A DNA stretch of 64,000 nt from Octopus bimaculoides (Eukaryota): positions 10,491,716 through 10,555,715 of the forward strand of contig NC_068990.1 in the NCBI RefSeq assembly GCF_001194135.2. Reading direction: 5' to 3'. Every line of letters begins with the position of its first letter. Positions within the stretch are counted from its first letter, which is position 1. The position numbers and the translations under genes were made by a program. Below are positions 25,769 to 38,465 of this stretch, piece by piece. The notes beneath the pieces were generated by a model. The model saw only the letters and a list, made by a program, of their open reading frames with translations, searched no databases and was not told the origin of the DNA.

Positions 25769-28350
25769 TGTTGAGCTAATCGAATATTAATCTCATGGGT
25801 TTAAGTTCAGTCACTTTAAACCGACTTTTGTGGGCAGACGTATTCGTGTGTACATGCGCAATTTTGTGTGAACAAATGAACGAAACATATATTTATCTGT
25901 TTGATATTCCAAAAGTAAACGTGAGTTCCATTAACCACTGCACTTCATAAGTACTTCATATTTCTTACAGGTTCATACACACACGCACGCACGCACACGC
26001 ACAGCCACATGCACACACGCACGGACACACATACACATACACACACGCGCACACACATATACCCGCTGGTATAGACACTCATACAAACATAAACATCTCT
26101 TTATCTAGCTATTGGTATTATTACCAACATAACATTGCAATCGAAAGTTTCTGTCATTTAGCCCCAGGAGACATCGTCTCCAGCTGGCTATGTGACACGA
26201 TCTGTGCCGTTGTATTTTTTAACAATGCCGTTATAAGTAGTTTTGCGACGGAAACTAATGTCACATCAGTAGAAGGGAATAAAAAATGAATGACCCGATT
26301 AAAGTTAACCGGATGATTCACTTTTTATTTATTCATATTAATATGACAGTTCACATGAGTATAAACATATATTTGTATTATTGTACTACAATATTTGCAA
26401 AAAGACAACGTCGTTTTTTTTACTACAATCTTATGTTACAACCTGTAATTGATTATACCTTTTGATATGCAGGAAAACAAAATCGTACAGATATTTAGAG
26501 GGAGAACGTTCTCTGAAATATGTATGTTAGAAATCTCTTTAAAGAATAGCTATAAATGAAAAAACTCAACTAAAATCCCATTAAGGCATGAAGCAACGTT
26601 TTAAATGATTTAAAATAGGTTTTCCATGAAAAATAATTTCAATAGTATTACATCATTCACCTGATACAGATAGAGGAGAAAACATATTCTTGCAAACATA
26701 ATAAACATAAAGCAAATGAAGTTTTTGAAACAAAATTCTACATAGTTGTTCAAATCTGAAAGTAATATGTTTGAATCTTTAATAATATAGAAAAGCATCG
26801 TCATGCTCACTTACAACCTATAATTGTAGATGAATAAAGCCGTGTGCGGTTTGACTCCGGCCAGTACTGATTAGTTTCCAGCTGTGAAAGTTACGTTTAG
26901 TTCATTGATATTACAGTGCAGATCTACATAATTTAACTTCACATCGTTTGGATCTTAAAGATTGTTTGTGGAGTCAAACTGCAGATATTTGTATTATGTC
27001 AGAAACCTTGTTGGCTTATACCAAATAGTATTTCTCTTTTAATATATGACAATGTACCTATATATGAAATCGATATATAAGTGTATTTATATGCCAAATG
27101 AATAAGGTACAATTTAATTAAAATGTCAAAACTGTTCTTAAAGATTTGCCTGAATTTGCACAGGTGCGCAATAAGTCTTAAATATCTTTTAGCGTGTGTT
27201 GATGCTTCGGTGCATTTATGCGTACAAGAAAATTTTAGTGCGCTAGTATTTGCATTAATGTATATCAAGACATCTTACATTTATGGAACAGATGTAGACT
27301 TGATATGGAGGACTATTCGTAATGACTTCACTTCTCATTGACTTGCGTCTTAGTAGCTAAGTATTTCAAGATATTTTATGTTACCCAAACGGAACCATGC
27401 GCGTTATATGTTTCTGTGTATCGAATGTCTTCAATTGTAAATGTTTCCAACTATGCGTACACTGAAGGTCTGACATGAAAGGTTTGTGAGTGAAGTAGTA
27501 CGCTTATAAAATGATATTTTGTATGGATATACAGTAGAATGTTTAGTACGAGACGATAAAAATGATTTAAGAAAATCATTATCATTTATAATGTACTACA
27601 GAACGCTTTCTTCTATTCATAACTTCTTTTTAATTCAAAACTAATTTTTAATTCTCTTATCAACATGTCGTTTACATAATTTTACGAGTAATTAGAGGAA
27701 AATGTATGTCCTGGTAATGTGATAAAAAATGTTCATTTGCAAGCACGTTCTCTGCGGTAAAATCTCACTGGGAAAAAAACTCGGCCAACAGCTTGTAACA
27801 TAACCTTACTGCATATCAATTTGTATCGAACATATAGTTTTAAGTCTTGATGCGTTGCTTTTGGCCCTTCTTTAAAAACGATAGAACAGCTCGTAGTCAT
27901 ACAATATAAAATTTTTTTAATGCCCAATAACTGATTCTCTGAATACTGCAACACTAAATCGATATCACCGCATCAGATAGTAGACACTAGAGGTAAACAT
28001 TACATTTGAAAAGAAATTTACGTCTTTACATTTCTAACAATTCTAACATTACACTAACTTTTTTAATTTCTGCATTCTGCACTTTGTATGCTTTAGCATT
28101 GAATGATATGCATTTAATGCAAATGTTACGTTTGTTGATGTTGGCTTTTAGCACCAGTTGAACACTGAACAATCGGACTTATGACTAGAAGCCTTGATCC
28201 TGGAGTCACTCCCCATTAGTTTCTGTTTCTTCAAGGTGTAAAGATGCTGTTTTATAGATATATGTCTGATACGTCTAGGATCAGATTGAGTATACAATCA
28301 AAGCTCCATTAATGGGAGCCTACATTAGATTTTCATCTCATTACTTCAAG

Positions 28351-28391
<41 letters not shown>

Positions 28392-28422
28392 ATATATATA
28401 AAACAGAGTTTTGTGTATGTGT

Positions 28423-28620
28423 ATGTCTGTGTGTGTCTCTATGTCTGTGTGTGTCTCTATGTCTGTGTGTGTCTCTATGTCTGTGTGTGTCTCTATGTCT
28501 GTGTGTGTCTCTATGTATGTGTGTGTCTCTATGTCTGTGTGTGTCTCTATGTCTGTGTGTGTCTCTATGTCTGTGTGTGTCTCTATGTCTGTGTGTGTCT
28601 CTATGTCTGTGTGTGTCACT
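28423..28620. repeat. 18-bp minisatellite x11 (ATGTCTGTGTGTGTCTCT)
   Basis: Tandem units; source of the HRHRDT/VCVSMS pseudo-ORFs. Confidence 0.95.
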
Positions 28621-29515
28621 ATGTCTCGTGTGGTGCGTGCGTTCATTATGTATTCGAAAATTGAGTTGCTGATTTTGACGCATGCATTATCAAAAGATTC
28701 AGTAATCTTTCAGCTACCAAATGAGGTTTTTTTTTTTTTGCACAACTATTCTTTACTACAAATATAACTTCGAAAACGAGGTCTGGTCGCAGAATTTTGA
28801 GGTACTTTTCGAGCAATGTTTGGATTTGCTTCTGATCTACGTTGATAATATTTTTAAATGCACCAATGTACTAGAAGTGTTATGAGTGCATTTGCGATGC
28901 ACAAAACCTATTTGTCAACGGAAAATTGCAAAACAAAACATGCTTTTCTAGAAAAAAACATTGGTATATTTTCCGTCAATTATGACCTTTGTGTCACAAC
29001 TAAACTTCTACTGTGAACGTCTTCAGTATTCTATGATTAAACAATGTGTTTGAGGTATTGTGATATCATTCATTTTTTTGCACAAAGCCCTATTTTTGAA
29101 CAGAAATTTGCCTTATGAAACGTGTTTTGGGCATAATTATGAATGCTTCTATCATTACTACTGAAAATAATTTGTCCATGTAGATTTTCTTAGTAGCAAA
29201 CGACTCAGGAATGCTGAACGAGCGTTTTCAGGTTTAAATTCAGCAAAATTTTCGCAGGGTTTAAGCATAGGGAGAGACTATATTCGTTTAATTGTGGCAA
29301 AGACGTGAAGCAATGACTGAAATCTTTCGAGCTATTTTGCCTTTAACATTTCACTCTTTATTCAACCCAATTTTTGCAAAGTTGACTATTGTTATTAGTA
29401 TATAGTCATGCCTATTATTCATCCCATAAACGGCAAAGTTCGATTTTGCTACAATCTTCCTGTTTGTCACAGTCGTTTAGCGCGTACTATCATGCAATAG
29501 AAACAAATGTCTGAC

Positions 29516-29595
29516 CTGATAAAATTGGTCGGGATGCACACCGTGTTCATTGATTGGTACAACTTCAAATCTGTTTTCCCTACCAGAGACATGTA
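29516..29595 (-). CDS. Candidate internal exon (HVSGRENRFEVVPINEHGVHPDQFYQ), unknown protein
   Basis: attgcag| acceptor and CAG|gtcaga donor. Its phase-0 end fits the candidate exon starting at 18370. A plus-strand alternative with a gtgagt donor also exists. Confidence 0.25.
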
Positions 29596-29692
29596 CTGCA
29601 ATACTAGTTCGTTGTGATGTTATTGTCACCAAAGTCCTGGGCAACGTGCAATGTGTGCAGTGAGTACATTCCGCTCCAACTCGACAACTGAG

Positions 29693-29730
<38 letters not shown>

Positions 29731-29994
29731 NNNNNNNNNNNNNNNNNNNNNNNNNNNNNNNNNNNNNNNNNNNNNNNNNNNNNNNNNNNNNNNNNNNNNN
29801 NNNNNNNNNNNNNNNNNNNNNNNNNNNNNNNNNNNNNNNNNNNNNNNNNNATATATATGTATGTATATATATATATGTGTGTATATATATATACAACGAG
29901 AAACAATATCTGCCTCTTTTTATAGAAACAAAAGGGATTATAAGACTTCAAATAAAGAGCTCAAATACAAATGAAACGAAGATAAAGAAACATA

Positions 29995-32040
29995 GGTTAT
30001 AGAACAAACATTAAATCTGGGTCTACGACTTTACATACAACACCAACCCTCAAACATTTATTCATGTATTAAAATCACCATGGTTCCCAAACACATAAAA
30101 TGAAATACATATACATAAAATCACAGAAGATAAAAATCTACAATCGAATAAAATAGAAATAGAATGGCCTATCAAAAAGTTGAATATAAACGGCTAAAAA
30201 TCCAAAACTACCAAAACACCTAATAGACAAATATAAAATAAGTAAAGGGGAAAACAAAATAAAATAAAATAAAGGTCCACCAACTAAAAAAGTTTCATCA
30301 GGCAATTAAAATATTTTTAAAAATTAAAGCTTTTTTCTTATTTGAAAAACATTTGGAAAAAGTATTTTATTTCCCTCTTACAAGTATGTCTAAAGTTCAT
30401 ATGCAAACAGACTTCCACAGGTCAAATTCACATGCATCTTGAAGAACGTCTTTTACTCCCCTCACACAAGAACGTCCAAAAGTTCATAATAAGCAGACTT
30501 CACGGGTCAGATTCAACATTCACATATATCTATGGCCATTTCCGGAGCTCACCGTCCGGTTTTCGTCCACCTTTTTGAAAGTGTATAATTAAAGTAGATG
30601 TAATAAAATTGTTTAGCGTTACGAGGATTTGAAACCGGCGAGGTTGAATTTCTGTTAACTACAGCAACTTGAATGTTTTGCAATAGACTTTTTCTTTTTT
30701 TAGAAAATTTGGGATCTTTTTTAAAACGGGGGCCACATTTTTCATTAATGTTTTACGTAGTGCTTTTGGTACCGAAAGACTTCCAAACTTCGTATACTTA
30801 TCTATTTTGTGTTATAGAACAGAAAAATATTTTTGTATTTGAATTTATTTCATGTAAAAAATTGTCTTATTTCGATAATTTCAACCAATCACTGACGTCC
30901 ATTCAGCCGATATACATTAAGTGCCGACTACATAAACAAACGATTCTTCGTTTTATTTGCTTTTTTCATTTTAAATTTGCTTTAACCCTAACCCTAACCC
31001 TAACCCTAACCTTAACCCTAACTCTAACCCTAGGGTTAGGGTTAGGGTTAGAGTTAGGGTTAGGGTTAGGGTTAATTGTTTCAGAATCGTTTGTTTATGT
31101 AGTCGGCACTTAATGTATATCGGCTGAATGGACGTCAGTGATTGGTTGAAATTACAGAAATACGACAACTTTAACATGGAATAATTTATGGATTTCTTTT
31201 TTTTTTAAGAAGACTAAGAGAAAAAGATGTTTTATATGACACATTCTACCAGTGATCCAAGTTTCAAAGTGTTTCGTTAATGAAAAATGTGGCCCCCGTT
31301 TTAAAAAAGATCCAAAATTTGGACTGGGCCGCTGATGGTTTTTTTCTTTTCAATCATATAAGCTTTTCATACAAAAAAATTTGATCTGTGCGTGTTTCCT
31401 GATTCCTCTTTATCCTGATGAGAAGGTCATTACCGTGATACACTGTAGTGTAAATAAACTGCGGTGGTGAGCTCTCGAAATGGCCATATATATATATGTG
31501 AATGTGGAATTTCACCTATGAAGTCTGCTTATTATGAACGTTTGGAAGTACTTGGGGGAGGGGAGTAAAAAACGTTTTTCAAGATGTATGTGAATTTGAC
31601 CTGTGGAAGTCTGTTTACATATGAACTTTAGACGAACATATATGAGGGAAGAAAAAGGCTTTTATCAAATGTTTTTCAAATATTTAATTTTTTTTTTAAA
31701 TTGAAAAGGAATATTTAAAATATATTTTAATCGTCTGATAAAACTTTTTTAGTTGGTGGGCATTTATTTTATTTTATTTTATTTTCACCTTTACTTATTT
31801 TACGTTTAACTATTAGGATTTTTGGTAGTTTTGAATTCTTAGCTGTTTATATTTAACATTTTAATAGGCCGTTCTATTTCTCTTTTATTCGATTGTATAT
31901 TTTTACCTTCTGTGATTTTATGTATATATATTATTTTATGTGTTTTTCAACCATGGAGATTTTTATACATGATTAAATGTTTGAGGGTTGGTGTTGTATG
32001 TTAAGTTGTTGACCCAAATTTAAATGTTTGTTCTATAACC
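29995..32040. mobile_element. ~2 kb layered palindrome (fold-back element) centred on telomeric repeats
   Basis: The outer arms (29995-~30580 vs ~31470-32040) start ggttatagaacaaacatt and end aatgtttgttctataacc. There are perfect 37-bp (30712-30748/31277-31313) and 72-bp (30876-30947/31083-31154) inverted blocks; centre of symmetry 31031/31032. Confidence 0.85.
30983..31074. repeat. Interstitial telomeric repeat, (TAACCC)n followed by (GGGTTA)n
   Basis: Eight TAACCC-type units, then seven GGGTTA-type units; variant TAACTC/GAGTTA on both arms. Confidence 0.95.
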
Positions 32041-32081
32041 AATGCTGCTTTATATATATAATATATATATATATATATATG

Positions 32082-32189
<108 letters not shown>

Positions 32190-32202
32190 CATATATACAT
32201 AA

Positions 32203-32883
32203 ATATATATACCAGACGTTCAACACAAATCGACATAGAAAACCTAATACAAGTTCAACACAGCAACACACCTTCCCAGAAAATACTGCCGTACGTATCC
32301 ACATGCAACCACCAAAACAAAAAATCCTTCACCATCATCTCCCAAAATATACCAATGCTACATAAGGACCCCGAATTAAAGGAAATCTTACACATATATA
32401 AAATCATTAAAAGCCACAAACAACCGACATCACTAAAAAAGATCCTCACAAAGGCAAAATTAATTTCTAAAATAACGGATGCAAATTGAAAAAATGTGAT
32501 CGACCAAATTCCGCCACATGCCCGAACCTTCTAAAAGGATCAGAAATTCTTTTCAAAGGGGGACAAAAATTCAAAGCCAAATCTGATTTTACTTGTGCCT
32601 CAGAAAACCTGATTTATGTTATAAGATCCTCGGGCTGCCACCAAAACTACGTAGGGTCCACGGGAGTATTGCCCAGACGCAGATGCCCTCTGCACCGACA
32701 GCAGAATGCATTCCCAGAATACAGAATGATACCCTTTTGTGAACACTTTGAGAAATGCGCAAAGCAACTGCTACCACAATCTCTAATCACTCCATTTTCT
32801 CGATGTACCATTGCAACACCAACACTAGTTTGATTAAATAAAGAAACCTCCTTCATTGAAAATATAAGCCAAACTTAAACCAT
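32203..32883 (+). mobile_element. Penelope-like retroelement 3' part with GIY-YIG endonuclease (degenerate)
   Basis: Translation: LPYVSTCNHQNK..HKDPELKEIL..IIKSHKQPTSLKKILTKAK, then KCDRPNSATCP..FTCASENLIYVIRSSGCHQNYVGST..RRC.LHRQQ..PFCEH, ending KETSFI..YKPNLN. This is the typical PLE C-terminal order. Confidence 0.85.
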
Positions 32884-33220
32884 TTCTAGCTTTTTTTAAA
32901 TAAGGAAACTTACCACATTGAAAAAAATATAAAGCAAAACATAACCACTTCAGAAATTTTATTCTTTCTAAACCAAATCATGTTAAATTTATAAAACCTA
33001 ACCATTCCCAACATTTTTGATTATTTCCCTTATACCGAAAACATTGCTGATTACCTTCCCCTGTCTGGAACTCTCATACTTCACTTCATAGCAAATATCG
33101 GTAAAGAAATTTGAGGAACTGGAAAAGAAAATACCCTGCTGTATAAATATATATGCAGCTGTATAAATATATATAGATAGGGAGAGAGAGAGAGAGAGAT
33201 CAATAGATAGATAGATAGAT

Positions 33221-33267
<47 letters not shown>

Positions 33268-33774
33268 TAGATAGATAGATGTACACACATATATAAACAT
33301 ACATGGGCATATACATATATATATGTATGAATATATATCTTCATATGAGATTCATCTTTTAGCCATTCCCGAGACACGAATAAACGAATAAACCCATGCG
33401 TCTTGACTGAACATGATGTACGATAGAAATAATATGTATGATTGGTAAAGAGGATTTGATTAAGCATTTATCATGCAAATTGTTTTCTTTAAAACTTGAA
33501 AATAAGAATTTATTTCGTCCATACAAATCTATAATATGTGACATGACAAAGTTCATAGCTATTAACATATACTTATCTCCAATGAAATTGATACATTCCT
33601 TATAAAGCTGGCCAAAGTATTGTCTCTTAGCTATCTTAATGAAAAATAGAAAATGTAAAACATGTTTTCTGCGGCAGGAATTACATTAGAAGAACATTTT
33701 CCCTACAGACTGATTCAACGAAATCCTTTTCGTTCTTTATATAATATAAGTGTATTTTTTTCATAACTACTTAC

Positions 33775-33845
33775 CTTTATTATTACATTATAACTATAGT
33801 CAGTGACGCTTGATATTCGAGGTGGAGGATAAATGGTGAATATCA
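33775..33845 (-). CDS. Candidate exon (IFTIYPPPRISSVTDYSYNVIIK), unknown protein
   Basis: Strong ttctgcag| acceptor and AAG|gtaagt donor; one open frame. Phase links to the neighbouring candidates are unclear. Confidence 0.2.
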
Positions 33846-34822
33846 CTGCAGAACACAATATACGCTTGACACTATATATCTTTGATGTTATATCATTTGA
33901 GAGTTGTTCGTGTACCCAGCTTTGGGTATTACACAGAATCTATATTTCTGTCATTTGATATCTTTACAAACATGACAGGTGATCAATGACCAGATACAGA
34001 TTCAGAGAATGTGTGTTATTTTTTTGATAATGTTATGATATGAAGAAGTCTAGCGGCTGGACCCTACTGCTTGTGAAGAAAGGATAACAAAAACACAACT
34101 ATTATGAAGTTTTAGAGCGTTTAGCGGATTGGAGCTACTAATTATGCTGGGACACGTTATACAAAGTGAGATTTCAAACATGCTTGGATAATAGAATCGG
34201 ATATCATAAAAGTTTGAAATGTATAAATTTCACCTCAACTTAAACGTTTCGGCTGTTGCAAGATGTTGCAATACAATAAAGGAGGATCATCAATATTAAT
34301 GGGAAGACTTGCCGGAGTGAAATGCGTGTAAATTGTGTTTAAGACAAAAATTGTCAACAAAATAGGTTAAATGTGAAATAGGAGGAAACACAAGAAACAA
34401 ATTTGTGTTCTGCTTATTAGAGCATATTCAGATTTCTTTCAACAATCGAGTTAATTTTGTATTAATTTTAAAAACAAAAAAAATTAACTCTTAAGATATT
34501 AACTCTTAAGATATATGACTCATTAATACACAAGCCACTTCAAATTCAAGCTCACATAATTACACATATACATTCACACACAAACATACATATATATGTG
34601 TGTATATATATATGTGAGCCTGTGAGAGTGTGTGAGCGTGTGCATGAATCTGCATACGCGCGCGTGTCTGTAAGATGAAGTAACGAAGACGGAGAATTTC
34701 TTATGATGCGAAAATAGTTTTATAAGCATTTTTGTTTATATGTATTTCAGGCAAAACGCCTTTTGCCAGAAGTAAATAGTGAAGAAATAAGAGTCTAAAC
34801 AGAAGCAAGCGTATCTATCTAC

Positions 34823-34904
<82 letters not shown>

Positions 34905-34947
34905 GTCTAACTATGTATCTATGCATTTCTCTATCTCTAAGTATATG

Positions 34948-34998
<51 letters not shown>

Positions 34999-35003
34999 AT
35001 GTG

Positions 35004-35049
<46 letters not shown>

Positions 35050-35716
35050 TGTGTGATTTGTGTGAATTTATGTATGAATGTATTTCCATGTGTGTTTGTA
35101 TATAAGTAAATATACTAGTGTTCTTTCTGTTCGACAATTGTGATCTATTTTCTATCTAATAATGTAGATTTCTTTTTTGCAACTTTGTTTCCCTTCCGGC
35201 CGGCACCATTATCTGTCATTGTAAGAGAAAAATAACCATTAAGTATCTTCACACACTAAATTTCTAACTGCTGCACCAATTACCGAAGTGTTATATTATC
35301 TATTAGTATCCTCAAACCATATCACCGCGTCTATTAAGTACTATACTATTTTTTCAGTAACTTCAATTGTTTACGCACACAAACACGCTGCTATGCATAC
35401 ACATGCATCAGTTTAGTTTTAGGCGCATTAGTATCTCCAACAAAATACGGTAAAGGAAACAAATCCAGAAACGGGCAATGCTTGTATGTTTATTCTCGCC
35501 TCGACTAAAATATTTATACTGGTCACTGCGTTGACGAGAGCAGATTAGGGTTTAGTATGGGGAAAAAGTGCAAGGAAGTATTTATTGTATTCGACTAAAA
35601 TTATACACAAACAGAAAAACAACGGTTGATCGAAACAGAAGCCATAGAGATTAAGATATATTTCAAATAATAATGGCTAATACTAAAGCATGGCCATGTA
35701 CAGAGAAGCTCATTAT

Positions 35717-35747
<31 letters not shown>

Positions 35748-37105
35748 NNNNNNNNNNNNNNNNNNNNNNNNNNNNNNNNNNNNNNNNNNNNNNNNNNNNN
35801 NNNNNNNNNNNNNNNNNNNNNNNNNNNNNNNNNNNNNNNNNNNNNNNNNNNNNNNNNNNNNNNNNNNNNNNNNNNNNNNNNNNNNNNNNNNNNNNNNNNN
35901 NNNNNNNNNNNNNNNNNNNNNNNNNNNNNNNNNNNNNNNNNNNNNNNNNNNNNNNNNNNNNNNNNNNNNNNNNNNNNNNNNNNNNNNNNNNNNNNNNNNN
36001 NNNNNNNNNNNNNNNNNNNNNNNNNNNNNNNNNNNNNNNNNNNNNNNNNNNNNNNNNNNNNNNNNNNNNNNNNNNNNNNNNNNNNNNNNNNNNNNNNNNN
36101 NNNNNNNNNNNNNNNNNNNNNNNNNNNNNNNNNNNNNNNNNNNNNNNNNNNNNNNNNNNNNNNNNNNNNNNNNNNNNNNNNNNNNNNNNNNNNNNNNNNN
36201 NNNNNNNNNNNNNNNNNNNNNNNNNNNNNNNNNNNNNNNNNNNNNNNNNNNNNNNNNNNNNNNNNNNNNNNNNNNNNNNNNNNNNNNNNNNNNNNNNNNN
36301 NNNNNNNNNNNNNNNNNNNNNNNNNNNNNNNNNNNNNNNNNNNNNNNNNNNNNNNNNNNNNNNNNNNNNNNNNNNNNNNNNNNNNNNNNNNNNNNNNNNN
36401 NNNNNNNNNNNNNNNNNNNNNNNNNNNNNNNNNNNNNNNNNNNNNNNNNNNNNNNNNNNNNNNNNNNNNNNNNNNNNNNNNNNNNNNNNNNNNNNNNNNN
36501 NNNNNNNNNNNNNNNNNNNNNNNNNNNNNNNNNNNNTATATATATATATATGAGTGATCGTAAGGATAAGCATCATTAATCACCTTTCTGTGAACACCTC
36601 AAATGTAATACCTCTTCCCTGGAGACGGAGGATGATGATATCATATGATGCAAACAAATTAACAATCATCATTTTGAAAAACCAAGCCCCCCGAAAACAG
36701 CTGTTGGACTCGTAAAACTTTTATTCAACACCTTTAATTCCTGATATTTCTGTTCTGTGTAAGACGGACATTTTATATATAAACATACGTAACTTTGTTT
36801 GTATTAAATATATTTAATAGTTTTTGTATATCGAATTGCCGAACTTGCTTATCCTCTACATGCTCAAGTTTAAGCTATATAGGTTTTCTGTCGATCTAAT
36901 TTTGAGTTTATTAATGAATCCTTCCACGTTTCTACGATAGTGGGTGTTACTGAATCGTTCTTAATTAGAATTTCACAATGATTACTGTTCATCTCAGATA
37001 TGAAATTACGTTTCTTGTACTTAGGTTAATAAACATGTACATCGGAATACGCTCACAACAGCTTCAAAATAATCCCAGTGTTATTAATTGATAATTAGAA
37101 ATCAT

Positions 37106-37340
37106 AGGTAGCGAACTGGCAGAAACGTTAGCACGCCAGGCGAAGTGCTTAGAAGTATTTCCTCTGCCTTTACGTTCTGATTTCAAATTCAGCCAAGATC
37201 GACTTTGCTTTTCATCCTTCCGGGGTCGATAAATTAAGCACCAGTTACGCACTGGGGTCAATGTAATCGACTTAATTCATTTGTCTGTCCTTGTTTGTCC
37301 CTTCTATGTTTTGCCCCTTTGTGGGTAATAAAGAAATAAG
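37106..37340 (+). mobile_element. tRNA-derived SINE, family A
   Basis: aggtagcgaactggcagaaacgttagcacgcc...ttcaaattc...ggtcgataaattaagcaccagttacgcactggggtc...ttgtctgtccttgtttgtccc...aataaagaaataagaaa; A/B-box-like head; several copies in the window. Confidence 0.85.
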
Positions 37341-38229
37341 AAATCATTGGTGTGGATGAATTACTTTTAAGCTAAATGTACTTGTTTTATGACCACTGAT
37401 AATTTCCTATTTGATAATCCCAAAACAATTGTAAAGCATCTGCCTCATGTTTTTAGAAAGAATATCACTTGTAATTGAGAATGAGTTCTCAAATATTGTG
37501 ATGTCTTATCTGTTTAGATATATGTTTGATTTCTGTAGATATTAAATTCCCCTAAAAGGAAATTTGTCAAATAATTTCTAGTAAATCTCCAATTAATTGA
37601 AGTTAATCGAAACATTCTACTAAAACTGAGGCGTATTTCGGCTGTTGCATGTGAGTTGAAATTCGATTTCATGAGTCGCAGAAATGCGGAAGTCGAGTAA
37701 CACACATCGTTCCAGGTTCAATAAAAAGGTGTGAAAATTACATCGCTTACTTAGGTTGAGTAGAAGTATTCCTGTGTACGTGTGTAACCGTGCCATATAA
37801 GTAAAGTTGCCCTCACTTCTTTCTTTCTTGCTCTGTCTGTCTCCCTCCCTCCATCTCTTTCTCTCTCGCCCTTTTACCCTAAAATATTTTGGAAATCTGT
37901 AGCTGACCAACATCTCACGTAATGGCTGATTTCCTATCGAAAACTACGCTCACGTCAACGTGGCGTATAAAATGAGTTCGCAATATTATTATTTGGTTTC
38001 ACTTCATTATTTCAACTTTTACTCGATGCCTGCACAAACTCACCGATGTATACTCTGCTTTGTCTAAAACCATTCAGAATAGCTTGTTATATTTGAATCA
38101 AGTCGAATATTCTAATACTCTGCACCGCTTCTTACGCAAAACACAGTTTGTATGTGTATATATATATATATGGGAGAATATACGAAAAAACAACAACAGA
38201 CGAGGACAGGTGGTGTAAATAACAAAAGG

Positions 38230-38465
38230 ATGTATTAGTATGAAGCTCGGGAATACGGAAAGTCTTTGACGTTTCGAGCTACGCTCTTCAACAGAAAGAA
38301 TACGGAGACAAGGAGAAAAACACGGAGAAAAAAAATTGAATAGTGTCCAGTCAACGGTCAATCATAATAATGGCTGATCATAACAATGGCTGACCGGAAG
38401 TTAGAAATTCTTTTTTCAGGAGAGCTAAAAAAAAGGGGGAGATAACAAACGGTGATCGAAGAACG
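38230..38465 (-). mobile_element. PLE-type terminal-repeat fragment carrying a hammerhead-like motif
   Basis: The gacgtttcg...ctcttcaacag signature resembles PLE pLTRs; the fragment ends at an assembly gap. Confidence 0.5.
38263..38299 (-). ncRNA. Minimal type-I hammerhead ribozyme-like motif (A6U variant)
   Basis: The minus strand reads TCTTT-CTGTTGA-A-GAGC-GTA-GCTC-GAAA-CG-T-C-AAAGA: 5-bp stem I, core, 4-bp stem II, palindromic ACGU stem III, GUC cleavage triplet. Confidence 0.5.

Noticed and set aside
28333-28767. Repetitive HRHRDT / VCVSMS proteins and the many YIYI/VCVC/HTHT ORFs
   Set aside because: Translations of mini- and microsatellites, with no splice or codon support.
30983-31074. 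Telomere-telomere chromosome fusion scar
   Set aside because: An end-to-end fusion reads (TTAGGG)n then (CCCTAA)n; here the order is reversed, the tract is short, and it sits within a larger palindrome.
30673-31177. ORFs containing LTLTLTLGLGLG
   Set aside because: These are translations of the telomeric hexamer palindrome, not proteins.
31413-31445. Hammerhead-like CTGATGA..GGT/ACC within the palindrome (also 61935-61980)
   Set aside because: The GAAA core and stems I/III are missing or broken; too degenerate to call.
32486-32833. Stand-alone Cys-rich or GIY-YIG host nuclease
   Set aside because: It is preceded by frameshifted PLE linker sequence and has substituted Cys residues, so it is a dead Penelope 3' end.
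37106-37200. tRNA genes at SINE heads (37106, 40551, 47158, 55272, 61484)
   Set aside because: There are A/B-box-like motifs but no complete cloverleaf, and they continue into multi-copy SINE bodies.
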